DNA from: an uncultured bacterium
Lineage (GTDB): Bacteria; Babelota; Babeliae; Babelales; Babelaceae
DNA length: 64,000 bases
Reading direction: 5' to 3'
Assembly (NCBI GenBank): GCA_963717435.1
Contig: OY970332.1
Coordinates: 224,001-288,000 of the forward strand
Shown here: piece by piece, positions 47,589 to 57,501 of the stretch
How positions within the stretch are numbered: position 1 is the stretch's first letter
How the letters are laid out: every line of letters begins with the position of its first letter
Program-made: the position numbers and the translations under genes
The notes under the pieces: model-generated
What the model was told of the DNA's origin: nothing
The model's input: the letters and a program-made list of their open reading frames with translations, nothing else
Database searches by the model: none

Positions 47589-48260
47589 ATGAAAAGAGAA
47601 TTTAAGGCAATAATTTTTGATATGGACGGCACAATTGTCGACACCGAACATATCTGGGTCAACGCGACCAATCATCTAATACGTAGCAAAGTTGCCCACT
47701 ATCCTGATGATTTACAAAAAGAAGTAAATAGACAAACTCACGGGCTGGCTATACATAAAAGCTGCAAGATTATAAAAGATTTGATGAAACTTGAAGATAC
47801 ACTTGAAAGTTTAATGCAAGAAAAATCTAATATAGCTTCAAGCCTGTATCAGGACGGAATTAAATTTATAGAAGGGTTTCAGGAGTTTCACGAGCTTGTA
47901 CTGTCTCATGATCTAAAAACTGGTATAGCAACCAATGCTGATGACAGAACTTTAACAATCACCAACGAAAAGTTGCGACTTGATAGATTTTTCGGAGAAC
48001 ACATATACAACATTTCCCATGTTAACAACGTCTGTAAGCCAGATCCAGCTGTGTATTTACACGCAGCAAAACAGCTTGAAATAGACCCTCTATATTGCAT
48101 AGCAATCGAAGACTCTGCACATGGCGTTAAGGCTGCAAAAGCTGCCGGCATGTACTGTATTGGGATTAACACCCATGGCAAGCCTGAGCAGATAAAAGAA
48201 GCTGACGAGATTGTTAACAAATTTTCAGAAATCAATTTAAAAAAATTATTAAATAAGTAA
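47589..48260 (+). CDS. HAD-superfamily phosphatase (beta-PGM/CbbY-like)
   Basis: IFDMDGTIVDTE, IATN, KPDPAVY, IEDSAHGVKAA. Confidence 0.93.
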   Translation: MKREFKAIIFDMDGTIVDTEHIWVNATNHLIRSKVAHYPDDLQKEVNRQTHGLAIHKSCKIIKDLMKLEDTLESLMQEKSNIASSLYQDGIKFIEGFQEFHELVLSHDLKTGIATNADDRTLTITNEKLRLDRFFGEHIYNISHVNNVCKPDPAVYLHAAKQLEIDPLYCIAIEDSAHGVKAAKAAGMYCIGINTHGKPEQIKEADEIVNKFSEINLKKLLNK

Positions 48261-48269
48261 CACGACTCT

Positions 48270-48324
48270 CCGCTCGCCCTGAGTGTTCTTCAAAGCCTTG
48301 GCGAAGAAGAACGTATCGAAGGGG
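48270..48324 (+). repeat. Dispersed palindromic element, copy 9 (CCCT/AGGG subtype)
   Basis: ccgctcgccctgagtg-ttcttc-aaa-gccttggc-gaa-gaagaa-cgtatcgaagggg. Confidence 0.92.
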
Positions 48325-48340
48325 AAGGGGATAAAATAAC

Positions 48341-49045
48341 ATGAACGAACTAATATTTTTTATATACGTGATAATCTTAAGCGCAAGTTCGATTTTTGCT
48401 TTAAACTTGTCAAAAACTGCCCTTATAAGCTTTATTAGCTTGCAAGCTGTTCTGGCCAATTTATTTGTGACAAAACAGATAGTATTATTTGGGTTTATCG
48501 CGACAGCATCAGATGCATTGGCAGTTGGCTGCACACTCGGGCTTAATTTGGTTCAAGAATATTATGGAAAAACTGAAGCCCAAAAAGCTGTTAACGCAAG
48601 TTTTTTTACTCTTATTATTTACACTATTTTATCCCAACTTCACTTGAATTATATCCCTGCAAACTCAGATATTTCCCAAACATGCTACAATTTAATTTTA
48701 TCTGGCATGCCAAGAATTATAGTTGCATCTTTAACAGCTTATTTTGTTAGCCAAAATTTAGACTGCTGGCTCTACGCAAAGCTTCAAGAAAAGTTTAAGC
48801 ATAAAAATTTTACCTTAAAAAATTATATTTCAGTTTCTATTACCCAGCTACTGGACACAGTTATTTTTACTTTCTTAGGGCTGTATAAATTAAATTCAAG
48901 TTTTGAATCGATTAACACTATGTATCAAATAATATTTGTAAGTTATACTATAAAAATAACAACTATTTTGATTTCAGCCCCAGTTTTGACAATTTTTAAA
49001 AAACTAGCAAACAAAGCAAATAAAATAAGCAACACAGACAACTAA
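48341..49045 (+). CDS. yhhQ: Queuosine precursor transporter (YhhQ/VUT family)
   Basis: ANLFVTK, QEYYGK.EA, PRIIVASL.AY.VSQ.LD, SQ/TQLLDT.IF; adjacent to tgt. Confidence 0.88.
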   Translation: MNELIFFIYVIILSASSIFALNLSKTALISFISLQAVLANLFVTKQIVLFGFIATASDALAVGCTLGLNLVQEYYGKTEAQKAVNASFFTLIIYTILSQLHLNYIPANSDISQTCYNLILSGMPRIIVASLTAYFVSQNLDCWLYAKLQEKFKHKNFTLKNYISVSITQLLDTVIFTFLGLYKLNSSFESINTMYQIIFVSYTIKITTILISAPVLTIFKKLANKANKISNTDN

Positions 49046-49048
49046 GAT

Positions 49049-50209
49049 ATGCAAGATAAAACCAACAGCAATTTCTCAAATAATTTTTTCAAATTTGAAA
49101 TTGTTCACCAATCAAAAAAATCTCGCGCTCGCGTCGGAAGAATTCACACTCCGCACGGGATAATTAACACCCCAGATTTTGTCGCAGTTGGCACAAATGG
49201 GACACTAAAAGCTGTCGAATCAAATATTGTTAATGATCTTGGTTTGCAACTAATGTTCTGTAACACTTATCACTTATTATTGCACCCGGGTCCTGATGTT
49301 GTAAAATCAGCAGGCGGGTTGCATAAATTTATTAACAGAAAACAGCCAATAATCACCGATTCTGGTGGATTTCAAGTTTTTAGTTTGTCTTACGGAACTG
49401 TAAAAGATGAGCTAAAAAGTAAGGGTCAAAAAAAACAAAATGGCTCAGTTGTAAAAATAACAGAAGAAGGCGTAATTTTTAGGTCTTATAGAGACGGCGA
49501 GCAAATATTATTAACTCCAGAGACATCTATACAAACCCAAAAATCTCTTGGCGCCGATATTATTATCCCCCTTGATGAGTTGCCTCCATATCATGTTGAA
49601 AAAAAATATTTAAAAAATTCTTTGGATAGAACCCACAGATGGGAAAAACGCTCACTTGATGAACATAAGAAAAATATTAATAATCAAGCGATATATTCTG
49701 TTATTCACGGTGGAATAGATCCAGAATTACGTTCACTAAGTTGCAAAATTTTAACAAATTTGGATTTTGATGGTTTTGCAATTGGTGGAAGCTTAGGAAA
49801 AAACAGGCAAGAGATGTTTGAAATGTTAAAATATTTGATGCCACAAATTCCTGAAGATAAGCCAAATCACTTACTTGGGATTGGCGATCTTGAATCGATT
49901 CCTGAAATTATTAAACTTGGCATAGATACTTTTGACAGCTCACATCCAACAAAGTGCGCACGTCATGGATTATTGTTTACTAAAAACAAAAATCTTAAAA
50001 TACTTCATGGCGAATATAAACGAGATTTTGGACCGATAGACGCAACTTGCAGCTGCATTGCTTGCACAAATTACTCACGAGCGTATATTCATCATCTTTT
50101 TAAAGCAAAAGAGATGACAGGCATAATTTTGGCAACAATTCATAATTTAGCTTTTATGATAGAATTAATGAAAAATTATAGAAACAATATTTTGGAGGAT
50201 TTAATCTAA
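49049..50209 (+). CDS. tgt: tRNA-guanine transglycosylase
   Basis: ARVGRIHTPHG, NTYHL, TDSGGFQVFSL, GIDTFD, CSCIAC...HNL Zn site. Confidence 0.97.
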   Translation: MQDKTNSNFSNNFFKFEIVHQSKKSRARVGRIHTPHGIINTPDFVAVGTNGTLKAVESNIVNDLGLQLMFCNTYHLLLHPGPDVVKSAGGLHKFINRKQPIITDSGGFQVFSLSYGTVKDELKSKGQKKQNGSVVKITEEGVIFRSYRDGEQILLTPETSIQTQKSLGADIIIPLDELPPYHVEKKYLKNSLDRTHRWEKRSLDEHKKNINNQAIYSVIHGGIDPELRSLSCKILTNLDFDGFAIGGSLGKNRQEMFEMLKYLMPQIPEDKPNHLLGIGDLESIPEIIKLGIDTFDSSHPTKCARHGLLFTKNKNLKILHGEYKRDFGPIDATCSCIACTNYSRAYIHHLFKAKEMTGIILATIHNLAFMIELMKNYRNNILEDLI

Positions 50210-51039
50210 TGTTAAAAATAAATACTATATCAAACGAAACAGTAAAAGAACTTGTAAAATTACAACAAGCAAAATACAGGGCACAAGCGGGCCTATGCGT
50301 CGTTGAAGGCCAACGCGCAATCGAAACTTTTTTAAATTCAAAGCGATATGCGCTACACACGCTTTATATAACTTTTGAAAATCTTGAAGTTGCAAAAAGT
50401 TTGGTGGACAAAGAAAAAGTTACTATAGTTGCCCCTATGGTCATGAACAAAATAAGCTCTGCTACTACACCTAGTGGCTTACTTGCTGTATTTAAAGTAG
50501 GTAAGGCTATGCAAAAAGTTGGTGAATCAGGAATCCCGCTCGTCCCGAGTGTTTTTCGAAGCGAAGCTGAGAAAAATGTATCGAGGGATGTTGCGGCCAA
50601 GTCGGGTGTTGTTCTTGCGGGCATATCTGATCCAGGAAATATGGGGACATTAATTAGAACTGCTGCAGCTATTGGCATGAAAAATGTTGTGATAGTAGGC
50701 GGCGCTGATTGCTGGAGCCCTAAAGTTATTCAAGCAAGCGCAGGGACCATATCTATGGTTAATATTATTCAAACAACCTGGCAAGACTTAGTAGCAAGTA
50801 AAAACAAAAATAAAAGCAAACTTATCGGCTTGATAGTAACCGGCGGAAAAAAAATCTCAGAACTTGATAAAGCAGATTTGAAAAATAGTTTAATTGTTAT
50901 AGGCTCAGAGGCGCATGGAATCGATTCTGATAGACTAAAAGACTGCGACGAACTGGTTACGCTTGAAATGCCAGGACAAACTGAAAGTCTTAACGCTGCT
51001 GTTGCTGGTTCTATCGCTATGTATTTAATAAATATTTAA
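50209..51039 (+). CDS. TrmH/SpoU-family RNA methyltransferase with in-frame repeat insertion
   Basis: VVEG, DPGNMGTLIRTA, GSEAHG, ESLNAAVA. Confidence 0.93.
   Translation: MLKINTISNETVKELVKLQQAKYRAQAGLCVVEGQRAIETFLNSKRYALHTLYITFENLEVAKSLVDKEKVTIVAPMVMNKISSATTPSGLLAVFKVGKAMQKVGESGIPLVPSVFRSEAEKNVSRDVAAKSGVVLAGISDPGNMGTLIRTAAAIGMKNVVIVGGADCWSPKVIQASAGTISMVNIIQTTWQDLVASKNKNKSKLIGLIVTGGKKISELDKADLKNSLIVIGSEAHGIDSDRLKDCDELVTLEMPGQTESLNAAVAGSIAMYLINI
50533..50589 (+). repeat. Dispersed palindromic element, copy 10, in-frame inside the TrmH-family gene
   Basis: atcccgctcgtcccgagtg-tttttc-gaa-gcgaagc-tga-gaaaaa-tgtatcgagggat, encoding IPLVPSVFRSEAEKNVSRD. Confidence 0.95.
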
Positions 51040-51090
51040 ATTATTTTTTTAAATCTAAAAAATTTAAAAACTAATCAAGAAAGTAATTTG

Positions 51091-52386
51091 ATGAGCAAAC
51101 ATAAACTGTCTTTATTAGCTGCAATAGTTATTAATATCAATATCATGCTTGGTTCAGGTATTTTTATTAATACAGTACTATTATCAAAAAACGCAGGTTT
51201 ACTTGGAGCAGCTGTTTACCCAATAGTTGGCCTGCTTATTTTCCCCTTAATTTATTCAATCTCAAATTTGCTTAAATTTCAGCTAGGCGGCACGTTTTAT
51301 CACTTTGGGACTGTTATTTCGCCATATATTGGCTTCTTAAGTTCTTGGGCATATTTTACGGCTAAAATGGCTTCTTGCGGGCTAAGTATTCATGTTTGCT
51401 TGTCTTTATTACAAAAAGTGTTTTCTGGTATTTCCCAGATTAATACACTGTATCTTGATCTTTTGGTAATTTTCTTATTTGTGTTGCTTAATAGATTTAA
51501 CTTAAAAATTGGCAAGTCTATACAGATATCTTTTATAGCCCTAAAACTTATACCAATTTTGTTCGTAATTTTATCCAGTATATTTTTATTTTCCGGGGCA
51601 AACTTTGATAGTTCAGCTTTAGTTTGGACGGGAATACCGGCGAGCATACCCTTTGTGCTTTTTGCATTCAGCGGATTTGAAGCAAGCTGTTCTTTAAGTA
51701 ATTCTATCGAAGACTCAGAAAAGAACGCCCCTAAAGCAATTTTAATATCTTTCTTTACAGTAGTTACAGTTGTAACTTTGTTCCAGTTTTTGTTTTATGC
51801 AAACCTGGGGCCAGAACTTTCTGGGCTTTCAAGTTACCTAGAAGCTTTCCCAGCACTTGTAGGCAAATTATTTGGGTCAGGGCATAACTTAAAAAATACA
51901 ATTATTGGGATTTTGCATATTGGCATAGCTTCTTCTGCATTGGGAGCCGCATATGGCATCATGTACAGTAACACTTGGAACTTATACGCTTTGGCTGAAC
52001 ACAAACACATATTTGGTCATAATACTTTAACAAAATTAAATAAGCACAATATACCATTTTATTGCACAGTGATTGAGGGCTTAATTGCAGCAAGTTATTT
52101 GTTATTTACTAAGGGCAACCAAGTGCCATTACAACAAATTAGTGCCTTTGGCGGCGCAATCGCTTATACCATTAGCGTTATCGCTTATACAATTTTAGAT
52201 TATAGACAAAATAACAGATTATCCTTTCTGCCTGTAGCTAGCTTACTAAGCTGTGCTATTTTAATCGCTGCTTGCATCAGAAGCTTCTTGCTTACGGGAT
52301 TTGCAGCACTTGCTAGCCTGCTTTTAATAATAGCTTTCGGCAGCTTTATGTTCTTTAATTTGAAAAATAAAAATAAAGTAGCTTAG
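51091..52386 (+). CDS. APC-superfamily amino acid permease
   Basis: MLGSGIF and FAFSGFE motifs; about 12 TM helices. Confidence 0.9.
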   Translation: MSKHKLSLLAAIVININIMLGSGIFINTVLLSKNAGLLGAAVYPIVGLLIFPLIYSISNLLKFQLGGTFYHFGTVISPYIGFLSSWAYFTAKMASCGLSIHVCLSLLQKVFSGISQINTLYLDLLVIFLFVLLNRFNLKIGKSIQISFIALKLIPILFVILSSIFLFSGANFDSSALVWTGIPASIPFVLFAFSGFEASCSLSNSIEDSEKNAPKAILISFFTVVTVVTLFQFLFYANLGPELSGLSSYLEAFPALVGKLFGSGHNLKNTIIGILHIGIASSALGAAYGIMYSNTWNLYALAEHKHIFGHNTLTKLNKHNIPFYCTVIEGLIAASYLLFTKGNQVPLQQISAFGGAIAYTISVIAYTILDYRQNNRLSFLPVASLLSCAILIAACIRSFLLTGFAALASLLLIIAFGSFMFFNLKNKNKVA

Positions 52387-52422
52387 TTTAATCAACATTT
52401 TAAATTTATTTTAAGCATCAAA

Positions 52423-52447
52423 ATGGGCGCGTAGTTTACGCGCCCAT
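52423..52447. terminator. Hairpin terminator between convergent genes
   Basis: atgggcgcgta-gtt-tacgcgcccat. Confidence 0.75.
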
Positions 52448-52470
52448 AATATTTTATAAAGCTTAATTTA

Positions 52471-53412
52471 TTAAGCAGATTTTTGTTTCTCTTCCTGCAT
52501 TTTTTCCCACTGCGGCTTCAAGCTCTTAATATGAGCGATTCTGTCTTCTAATGAAACCAAATGATCCACATGTTCCTTAAAGAGAGGTAAAGATATAACA
52601 GGCAATACAAATTTTTCTATACAAAATTGTTTAATTTTTGCGTACAATGGCCAGTTTTTTGTATCTGGATGATGTAGGTATCTCATCAATTTCACACCAC
52701 CATCAGGATTTACCCCTGCGATGGTTACTGCTTGTGTATCTGCGCGGGTTTCAAACGACTGATTAATTTTACCCTTCAACAACTCAAGAAAACTCAGATT
52801 AATACCGGGCAATGGCAATAAAAATTGTATAATTTTTATTATTATTTCATTGCTAATGCCTAATTTAGGTAAAAGCATCCAATATGGATGATAATTAATA
52901 CCATAAGTCATATATTGCTTTGCGAAATTATCATTTTCCCCATCAATAAAACCTTTTATGGCGCAACTCTTAACTATAGCGTCCTCGACTCGTGGAAAAG
53001 CTATGTTATTAATAACAATTTTAGAGAAGATATCATGATTGAGATGATGATCAAGCTCATGTGCCATTAAAAATTGCTTCGAGTTATCATCTATTTCATT
53101 GAGACAATCTTCATTGATGTATACCCTATTGGTTTGCGGGTAGGCCATGGCATTATTATAACCAAAAAACAGTCTCATTATTAAACCAGAATTTCGGGCT
53201 TTAATATCACGATGATCAATCCCCAATTTCTTGGCTGTTTCTTCAAACATTTGCTTATGTTTTTCACTAAGCTCACCACGTGTAAGTATTGGGTCAGTTA
53301 TAGATCCTAATTTATCAAAAACTTTGTATATTACACTTGTATCAATGGCATTTAAAGAGCCAAAAAGCAGCAAACCTGTTAAGGCTATTTTTTTGATATT
53401 TTTAGAAAACAT
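52471..53412 (-). CDS. Secreted M48-like zinc metalloprotease
   Basis: NNAMA, FLMAHELDH (HExxH), ETRAD, H...EDRI. Confidence 0.75.
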   Translation of the reverse strand: MFSKNIKKIALTGLLLFGSLNAIDTSVIYKVFDKLGSITDPILTRGELSEKHKQMFEETAKKLGIDHRDIKARNSGLIMRLFFGYNNAMAYPQTNRVYINEDCLNEIDDNSKQFLMAHELDHHLNHDIFSKIVINNIAFPRVEDAIVKSCAIKGFIDGENDNFAKQYMTYGINYHPYWMLLPKLGISNEIIIKIIQFLLPLPGINLSFLELLKGKINQSFETRADTQAVTIAGVNPDGGVKLMRYLHHPDTKNWPLYAKIKQFCIEKFVLPVISLPLFKEHVDHLVSLEDRIAHIKSLKPQWEKMQEEKQKSA

Positions 53413-53647
53413 ATTGTTTACTCCATTATTCTCTATTCAATTACTATTACTAATCACTCATAAACCATTATAAGACATATTATTAAGCTTAAATTATATA
53501 TTCTAGTTGTCAATTGGGTCAGTTTTTATGGGATTAATAATTTTTAGACCAAATTTGAGTAAAGTCCCAAAAATAGTTATAAAATACCGGTGAAGTTAAT
53601 AATCAAAAAAATTATTAATTAAAACAACCTAAAAAAAAGGGTCGTGT

Positions 53648-55240
53648 ATGAATAACAGGCTATTTTCAAAGCTATTATATTTGGGTCTATTTGGTCCGGT
53701 GTTGGCAGATTGTGAAGTTCCCATATCAAAACTTAAACCTGCGGACCAAGAAGAATTTAATAAAATTTTGGATGCAAACGAACAAAGAATACAGCAGGCC
53801 TTAGACGCCAATCCAGTTCAAGTTTCTGAAATAAAAGCTTTATCGATAAATAATAACCCATATTCCAAAACTCAGGCCAAAATACGTGTCGGGGAACTTT
53901 ATAACGAGGGAGAAGCCGTATTTATACGCAAAAGGTCCCAAAAAGTTAAACAAGAACTTAAAGATTTGGGAATCACTGTTAAACATGTGCCAAAAATATC
54001 TGTCTGCTTCAGTGGCGGCGGGTATCGTGCCATGATCTCAACTTTAGGGTTTTTCAGAGGCCTAGAACAAACGGGGTTATTAAAATTATTAACTTATGCC
54101 AGCGCCCTTTCAGGTTCAACATGGACCCTTGCGCCATGGACCTGCAAAAACTGTTCACTTTCAGAATTTAGAACATATTTACAAGGTCGTACTGAATTGG
54201 GTCTTGGGCCAATAGAAAATCCTGTCCAAATGACATACTTTACCGATACTCTGCTTGATAAAGTGATTAACCTGCAACCGATAACACCTGTGGATATTTA
54301 TGGCGGACTTTTGGCTGACAAAATTCTTAAATTTTTTGATAAAAAAAGACAGTCTGTAAGACTCTCTGAATCGGCCCATTATATTATGACCGGCGACAAA
54401 CTTATGCCAATCTATACCTCGGTTTTATGTTTAAAAGGGGATAAATACGAATGGATGGAATATACGCCATTTGAAATTGGCAGCAGCTATCTCAAATCTT
54501 ATGTTCCAACATGGGCATTTGGTAGAAAATTTAGTAATGGCATATCAAAAGACTACGCACCTGAACAAAGCTTGGGATATTTGATGGGAATTTGGGGTTC
54601 TGCGTTTGAAATCGCAATGAAAGATCTGATTCAATCTGAAAGCGAAAAAATTAATCAGTCCCAGTCTTTCCCTTATTCTATTTTTGATCACATAGTAGAA
54701 AACACACCTGTTGGCAACTTGAGATTATCCCCTGCGGCAGTATTTAATATATCAAAACATATTCCCGCAAGCCCTTTAAAAGACGAAAAGTATATATCGA
54801 TGGTCGACGCTGGATTATATTTTAATCTGCCACTTCCGCCACTTCTTGAACGCAAATCTGATATTATTATTATCTTTGATGCTTCTGCTGGAAATGTTGG
54901 TGGAATGGAGTTCAAAAAGGCATACAAATGGGCAATCGAGCATGATTATGATATGCCCGAATTTGACATGAACGACGATGATATAATAAACCGCAATATT
55001 ACGATATTAAAAGACGAGGACCCTAAAGTGCCTGTTATTATTTATATGCCGCTTGCCAACGAAAACGGCGCGTATTTAAACGGCTATAATTGGGAAAAGC
55101 AGTCTTACACAAGTACATTTAATTTTAAATATAAAAAGAACCAGTTTGACGCACTGGCCGGCTTGCCTGAATTTAATGTGATTCAGAATGCTGATGCGAT
55201 TTTTGATGTGATCAAAGAAGTGGCCGCAAGAACAAATTAA
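53648..55240 (+). CDS. cPLA2/lysophospholipase (PLA2_B)-like phospholipase with signal peptide
   Basis: FSGGGYRAM, ALSGSTW (catalytic Ser), PIYT, EYTPFEIG, LMGIWGSAF, VDAGL..NLP (catalytic Asp). Confidence 0.88.
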   Translation: MNNRLFSKLLYLGLFGPVLADCEVPISKLKPADQEEFNKILDANEQRIQQALDANPVQVSEIKALSINNNPYSKTQAKIRVGELYNEGEAVFIRKRSQKVKQELKDLGITVKHVPKISVCFSGGGYRAMISTLGFFRGLEQTGLLKLLTYASALSGSTWTLAPWTCKNCSLSEFRTYLQGRTELGLGPIENPVQMTYFTDTLLDKVINLQPITPVDIYGGLLADKILKFFDKKRQSVRLSESAHYIMTGDKLMPIYTSVLCLKGDKYEWMEYTPFEIGSSYLKSYVPTWAFGRKFSNGISKDYAPEQSLGYLMGIWGSAFEIAMKDLIQSESEKINQSQSFPYSIFDHIVENTPVGNLRLSPAAVFNISKHIPASPLKDEKYISMVDAGLYFNLPLPPLLERKSDIIIIFDASAGNVGGMEFKKAYKWAIEHDYDMPEFDMNDDDIINRNITILKDEDPKVPVIIYMPLANENGAYLNGYNWEKQSYTSTFNFKYKKNQFDALAGLPEFNVIQNADAIFDVIKEVAARTN

Positions 55241-55255
55241 GTTTGTTTTTAAACT

Positions 55256-55290
55256 AAAACGGGAGCGTGAAATACACCGCTCCCGTTTTT
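55256..55290. terminator. Bidirectional terminator
   Basis: aaaacgggagcg...cgctcccgtttt. Confidence 0.8.
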
Positions 55291-55296
55291 ATAATA

Positions 55297-55755
55297 TTAT
55301 TTTGTTGTAGGTTCACTGAAAACAACTGTCCAAGAGACTTCATAATCCCCGGAATCAAAAATCTTTTTTATAAAGGGCGAGTCATATAGTTTAAAAAATC
55401 TAACCAGTGGAACTAGAGGCGAACACAAAATTCTTTTATAAGCAGGGACGTTCATTTCCCCAACATTTTTTAATTCCCCAGTTTCATCGTCAACTTTCTC
55501 CCACTTATAAACTATCTCAGGCGCCGTAAAAAATCCATATGTCAAATACGCGGTAACAAGAGCGGTAATAAGATTTGAAATAATTATACCCTTATGGTCT
55601 TTTGCAAATTTCAAGAAAGTCTGTATCTGTTTGTTATTTTTAATAAATTCAGAAAGTTGTGCTTGTTTATTTTTTGAATTTTCCAGATTTTCTGAACTTA
55701 ATCTTAAACCAGAAAACAGTAATGAAACTGTTAATAACTTTTTTAGATTCTTCAT
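55297..55755 (-). CDS. Hypothetical secreted/membrane protein
   Basis: RBS GGAG, signal-like N-terminus, one TM helix. Confidence 0.7.
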   Translation of the reverse strand: MKNLKKLLTVSLLFSGLRLSSENLENSKNKQAQLSEFIKNNKQIQTFLKFAKDHKGIIISNLITALVTAYLTYGFFTAPEIVYKWEKVDDETGELKNVGEMNVPAYKRILCSPLVPLVRFFKLYDSPFIKKIFDSGDYEVSWTVVFSEPTTK

Positions 55756-55786
55756 AAATTACATCTCCTGAATTATCTCTTTTAAG

Positions 55787-56851
55787 TTAACCCATTTTTA
55801 GGAGCATTAAAGAAACCAGACATAGAACAAGAGAGATAATTCCAAATCTGGTAGTTATTTTCGATTCCTGCCAGCCCAGTAGTTCAAAATGGTGGTGAAT
55901 TGGCGCCATCCTGAAGATGCGTTTGCCAAAAAATTTAAAAGAAAAAACCTGGACAATAACAGAAAGTGCTTCTACAACAAACAGCGCCCCTGAAATTGAG
56001 AGTAAAATCTCTTGTTTGCACATAAGAGCCATAAGGGCCAGCCCTGAACCAAGAGCCAGTGAACCAACATCTCCCATGAAAATCTGTGCAGGGTAAGCGT
56101 TGTACCAGAGAAAACCCAGGGAAACGCCGAGCAAAATCGTCCCAATGATCGCTATTTCTGAGGTATCAGCAAATGGGATATTTAAGTATTGGGCAAAGCT
56201 GGCATGGCCCGCCAAGTAGCAAATTAGTGAAAATGTAGCGAAATTTGAGATAAGAGAGCCGATAGCCAGGCCATCTAGCCCATCAGTAAGATTAACAGCG
56301 TTGCTTGTTCCTACGATGATAAATATGGCCCAAAATATAAAAAATATACCCAAATCTGGCCTAAAATTCTTAAATAAGGGCAAAATTAGGCTAGTTGATG
56401 GGTTTACAGTGTAGATCCAGAGAAGAACGACTATAAGGGCGCTTAAGATTTGTGCCCTGAATTTATGCTTTTCAGATATCCCCTTTTTGTACCAGATTTT
56501 ATTAATATCATCCCAAAAGCCTATAGCGCCGAACAGCAATAAGCAGAGCAAAAATATCCAGACTTCTGGGCGCGATAGATTGCACCAGAGTAAAGCAGAG
56601 ATAAAAGTTATGGCGAGCATAAAGGCGCCCCCCATGGTTGGCATGTCATCTTTTGCTCTATGATTTTCGGGGGTATATTCTCTGGATTTCGATCTAAAAA
56701 ATAGTCGTGATTTGTTAATGAACCAGTCACCAAAAAGAAAAGATAATAAAAGCGCGGTTAACAACGAACCCATGCACCTGAAGCTGACATAGTGAAATAC
56801 GTTAAAAGCACTTATATAATTCTTTAAGTAAAAAGAAGCATGATATAGCAT
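55787..56851 (-). CDS. mraY: Phospho-N-acetylmuramoyl-pentapeptide transferase
   Basis: PTMGG, IGFWDD, SNAVNLTDGLDGLA, PAQIFMGDVGSL, APIHHHFE. ATG start at 56851. Confidence 0.97.
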   Translation of the reverse strand: MLYHASFYLKNYISAFNVFHYVSFRCMGSLLTALLLSFLFGDWFINKSRLFFRSKSREYTPENHRAKDDMPTMGGAFMLAITFISALLWCNLSRPEVWIFLLCLLLFGAIGFWDDINKIWYKKGISEKHKFRAQILSALIVVLLWIYTVNPSTSLILPLFKNFRPDLGIFFIFWAIFIIVGTSNAVNLTDGLDGLAIGSLISNFATFSLICYLAGHASFAQYLNIPFADTSEIAIIGTILLGVSLGFLWYNAYPAQIFMGDVGSLALGSGLALMALMCKQEILLSISGALFVVEALSVIVQVFSFKFFGKRIFRMAPIHHHFELLGWQESKITTRFGIISLVLCLVSLMLLKMG

Positions 56852-56927
56852 TAATACTCTTTCAAAAAAATTATTTACTCCAACTAAAGTCACGAACCCC
56901 TGAAGAACGGGGTGAAATAGCCCCGTC

Positions 56928-56951
56928 CCGCCATAGCTTTAGCGACGGCGG
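56928..56951 (+). repeat. Stand-alone hairpin resembling the inner module of the palindromic element
   Basis: ccgcc-ata-gctttagc-gac-ggcgg: stem, 3x3 internal loop, gc..gc hairpin. Confidence 0.5.
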
Positions 56952-57048
56952 AAAAAATCTCTATCAATTTTACACAAAAAACTGTTAATTTGAAATTAAG
57001 GGACAATTGTTGAATTGTTGATATTTTTTTTATTTTAGGGGTGAAAAG

Positions 57049-57471
57049 ATGAAGAATAATAAATATTCAAAACTATTAATTCTGGGTATATCAGGATTAT
57101 CGAGCATATCCCAGAATACCATTAAATCAGACTGCTCATTATTCAGCTGCCATGAAAGAGAAATGTGTCATGAGGACAGGGCTATGAAAATCTTAAGAGA
57201 TTTTTTAACTCCTGAATTACATGTAGATAGAAAATGGCGTGAATGGCTTGATCAAGTAATAGAAGAACTGAAACATGTTAATAAATATAAGGCTTTTTGT
57301 GATGATCTAAAAAGGCTTAAAGGCGAAAAGGACCCTTTAAAGGTCGGCAAAGTGCTGAAAAAATATGACAATATACTTTCAACAGATTTAAAGACGATTA
57401 TAGATACGATGTATGACAACGACCCGTATAAGCTTTATGTTATAGTTAGCACAAGAATGAAGGTTAAGTAA
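57049..57471 (+). CDS. Hypothetical secreted protein, paralog A
   Basis: DRAMKILRDFL...KWREWLDQV...FC..L..LKGEK...KVG, shared with the next ORF. Confidence 0.75.
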   Translation: MKNNKYSKLLILGISGLSSISQNTIKSDCSLFSCHEREMCHEDRAMKILRDFLTPELHVDRKWREWLDQVIEELKHVNKYKAFCDDLKRLKGEKDPLKVGKVLKKYDNILSTDLKTIIDTMYDNDPYKLYVIVSTRMKVK

Positions 57472-57501
57472 CCTGTAAAAACTGCTTGGCCACCCCCCCT
57501 T

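Noticed and set aside
48262-48340. Possible preQ1 riboswitch upstream of yhhQ-tgt
   Set aside because: The structured sequence here is repeat copy 9; no preQ1 aptamer consensus was recognised.
48232-48534. 100-aa minus-strand ORF
   Set aside because: Antisense to yhhQ and to repeat copy 9; shadow ORF.
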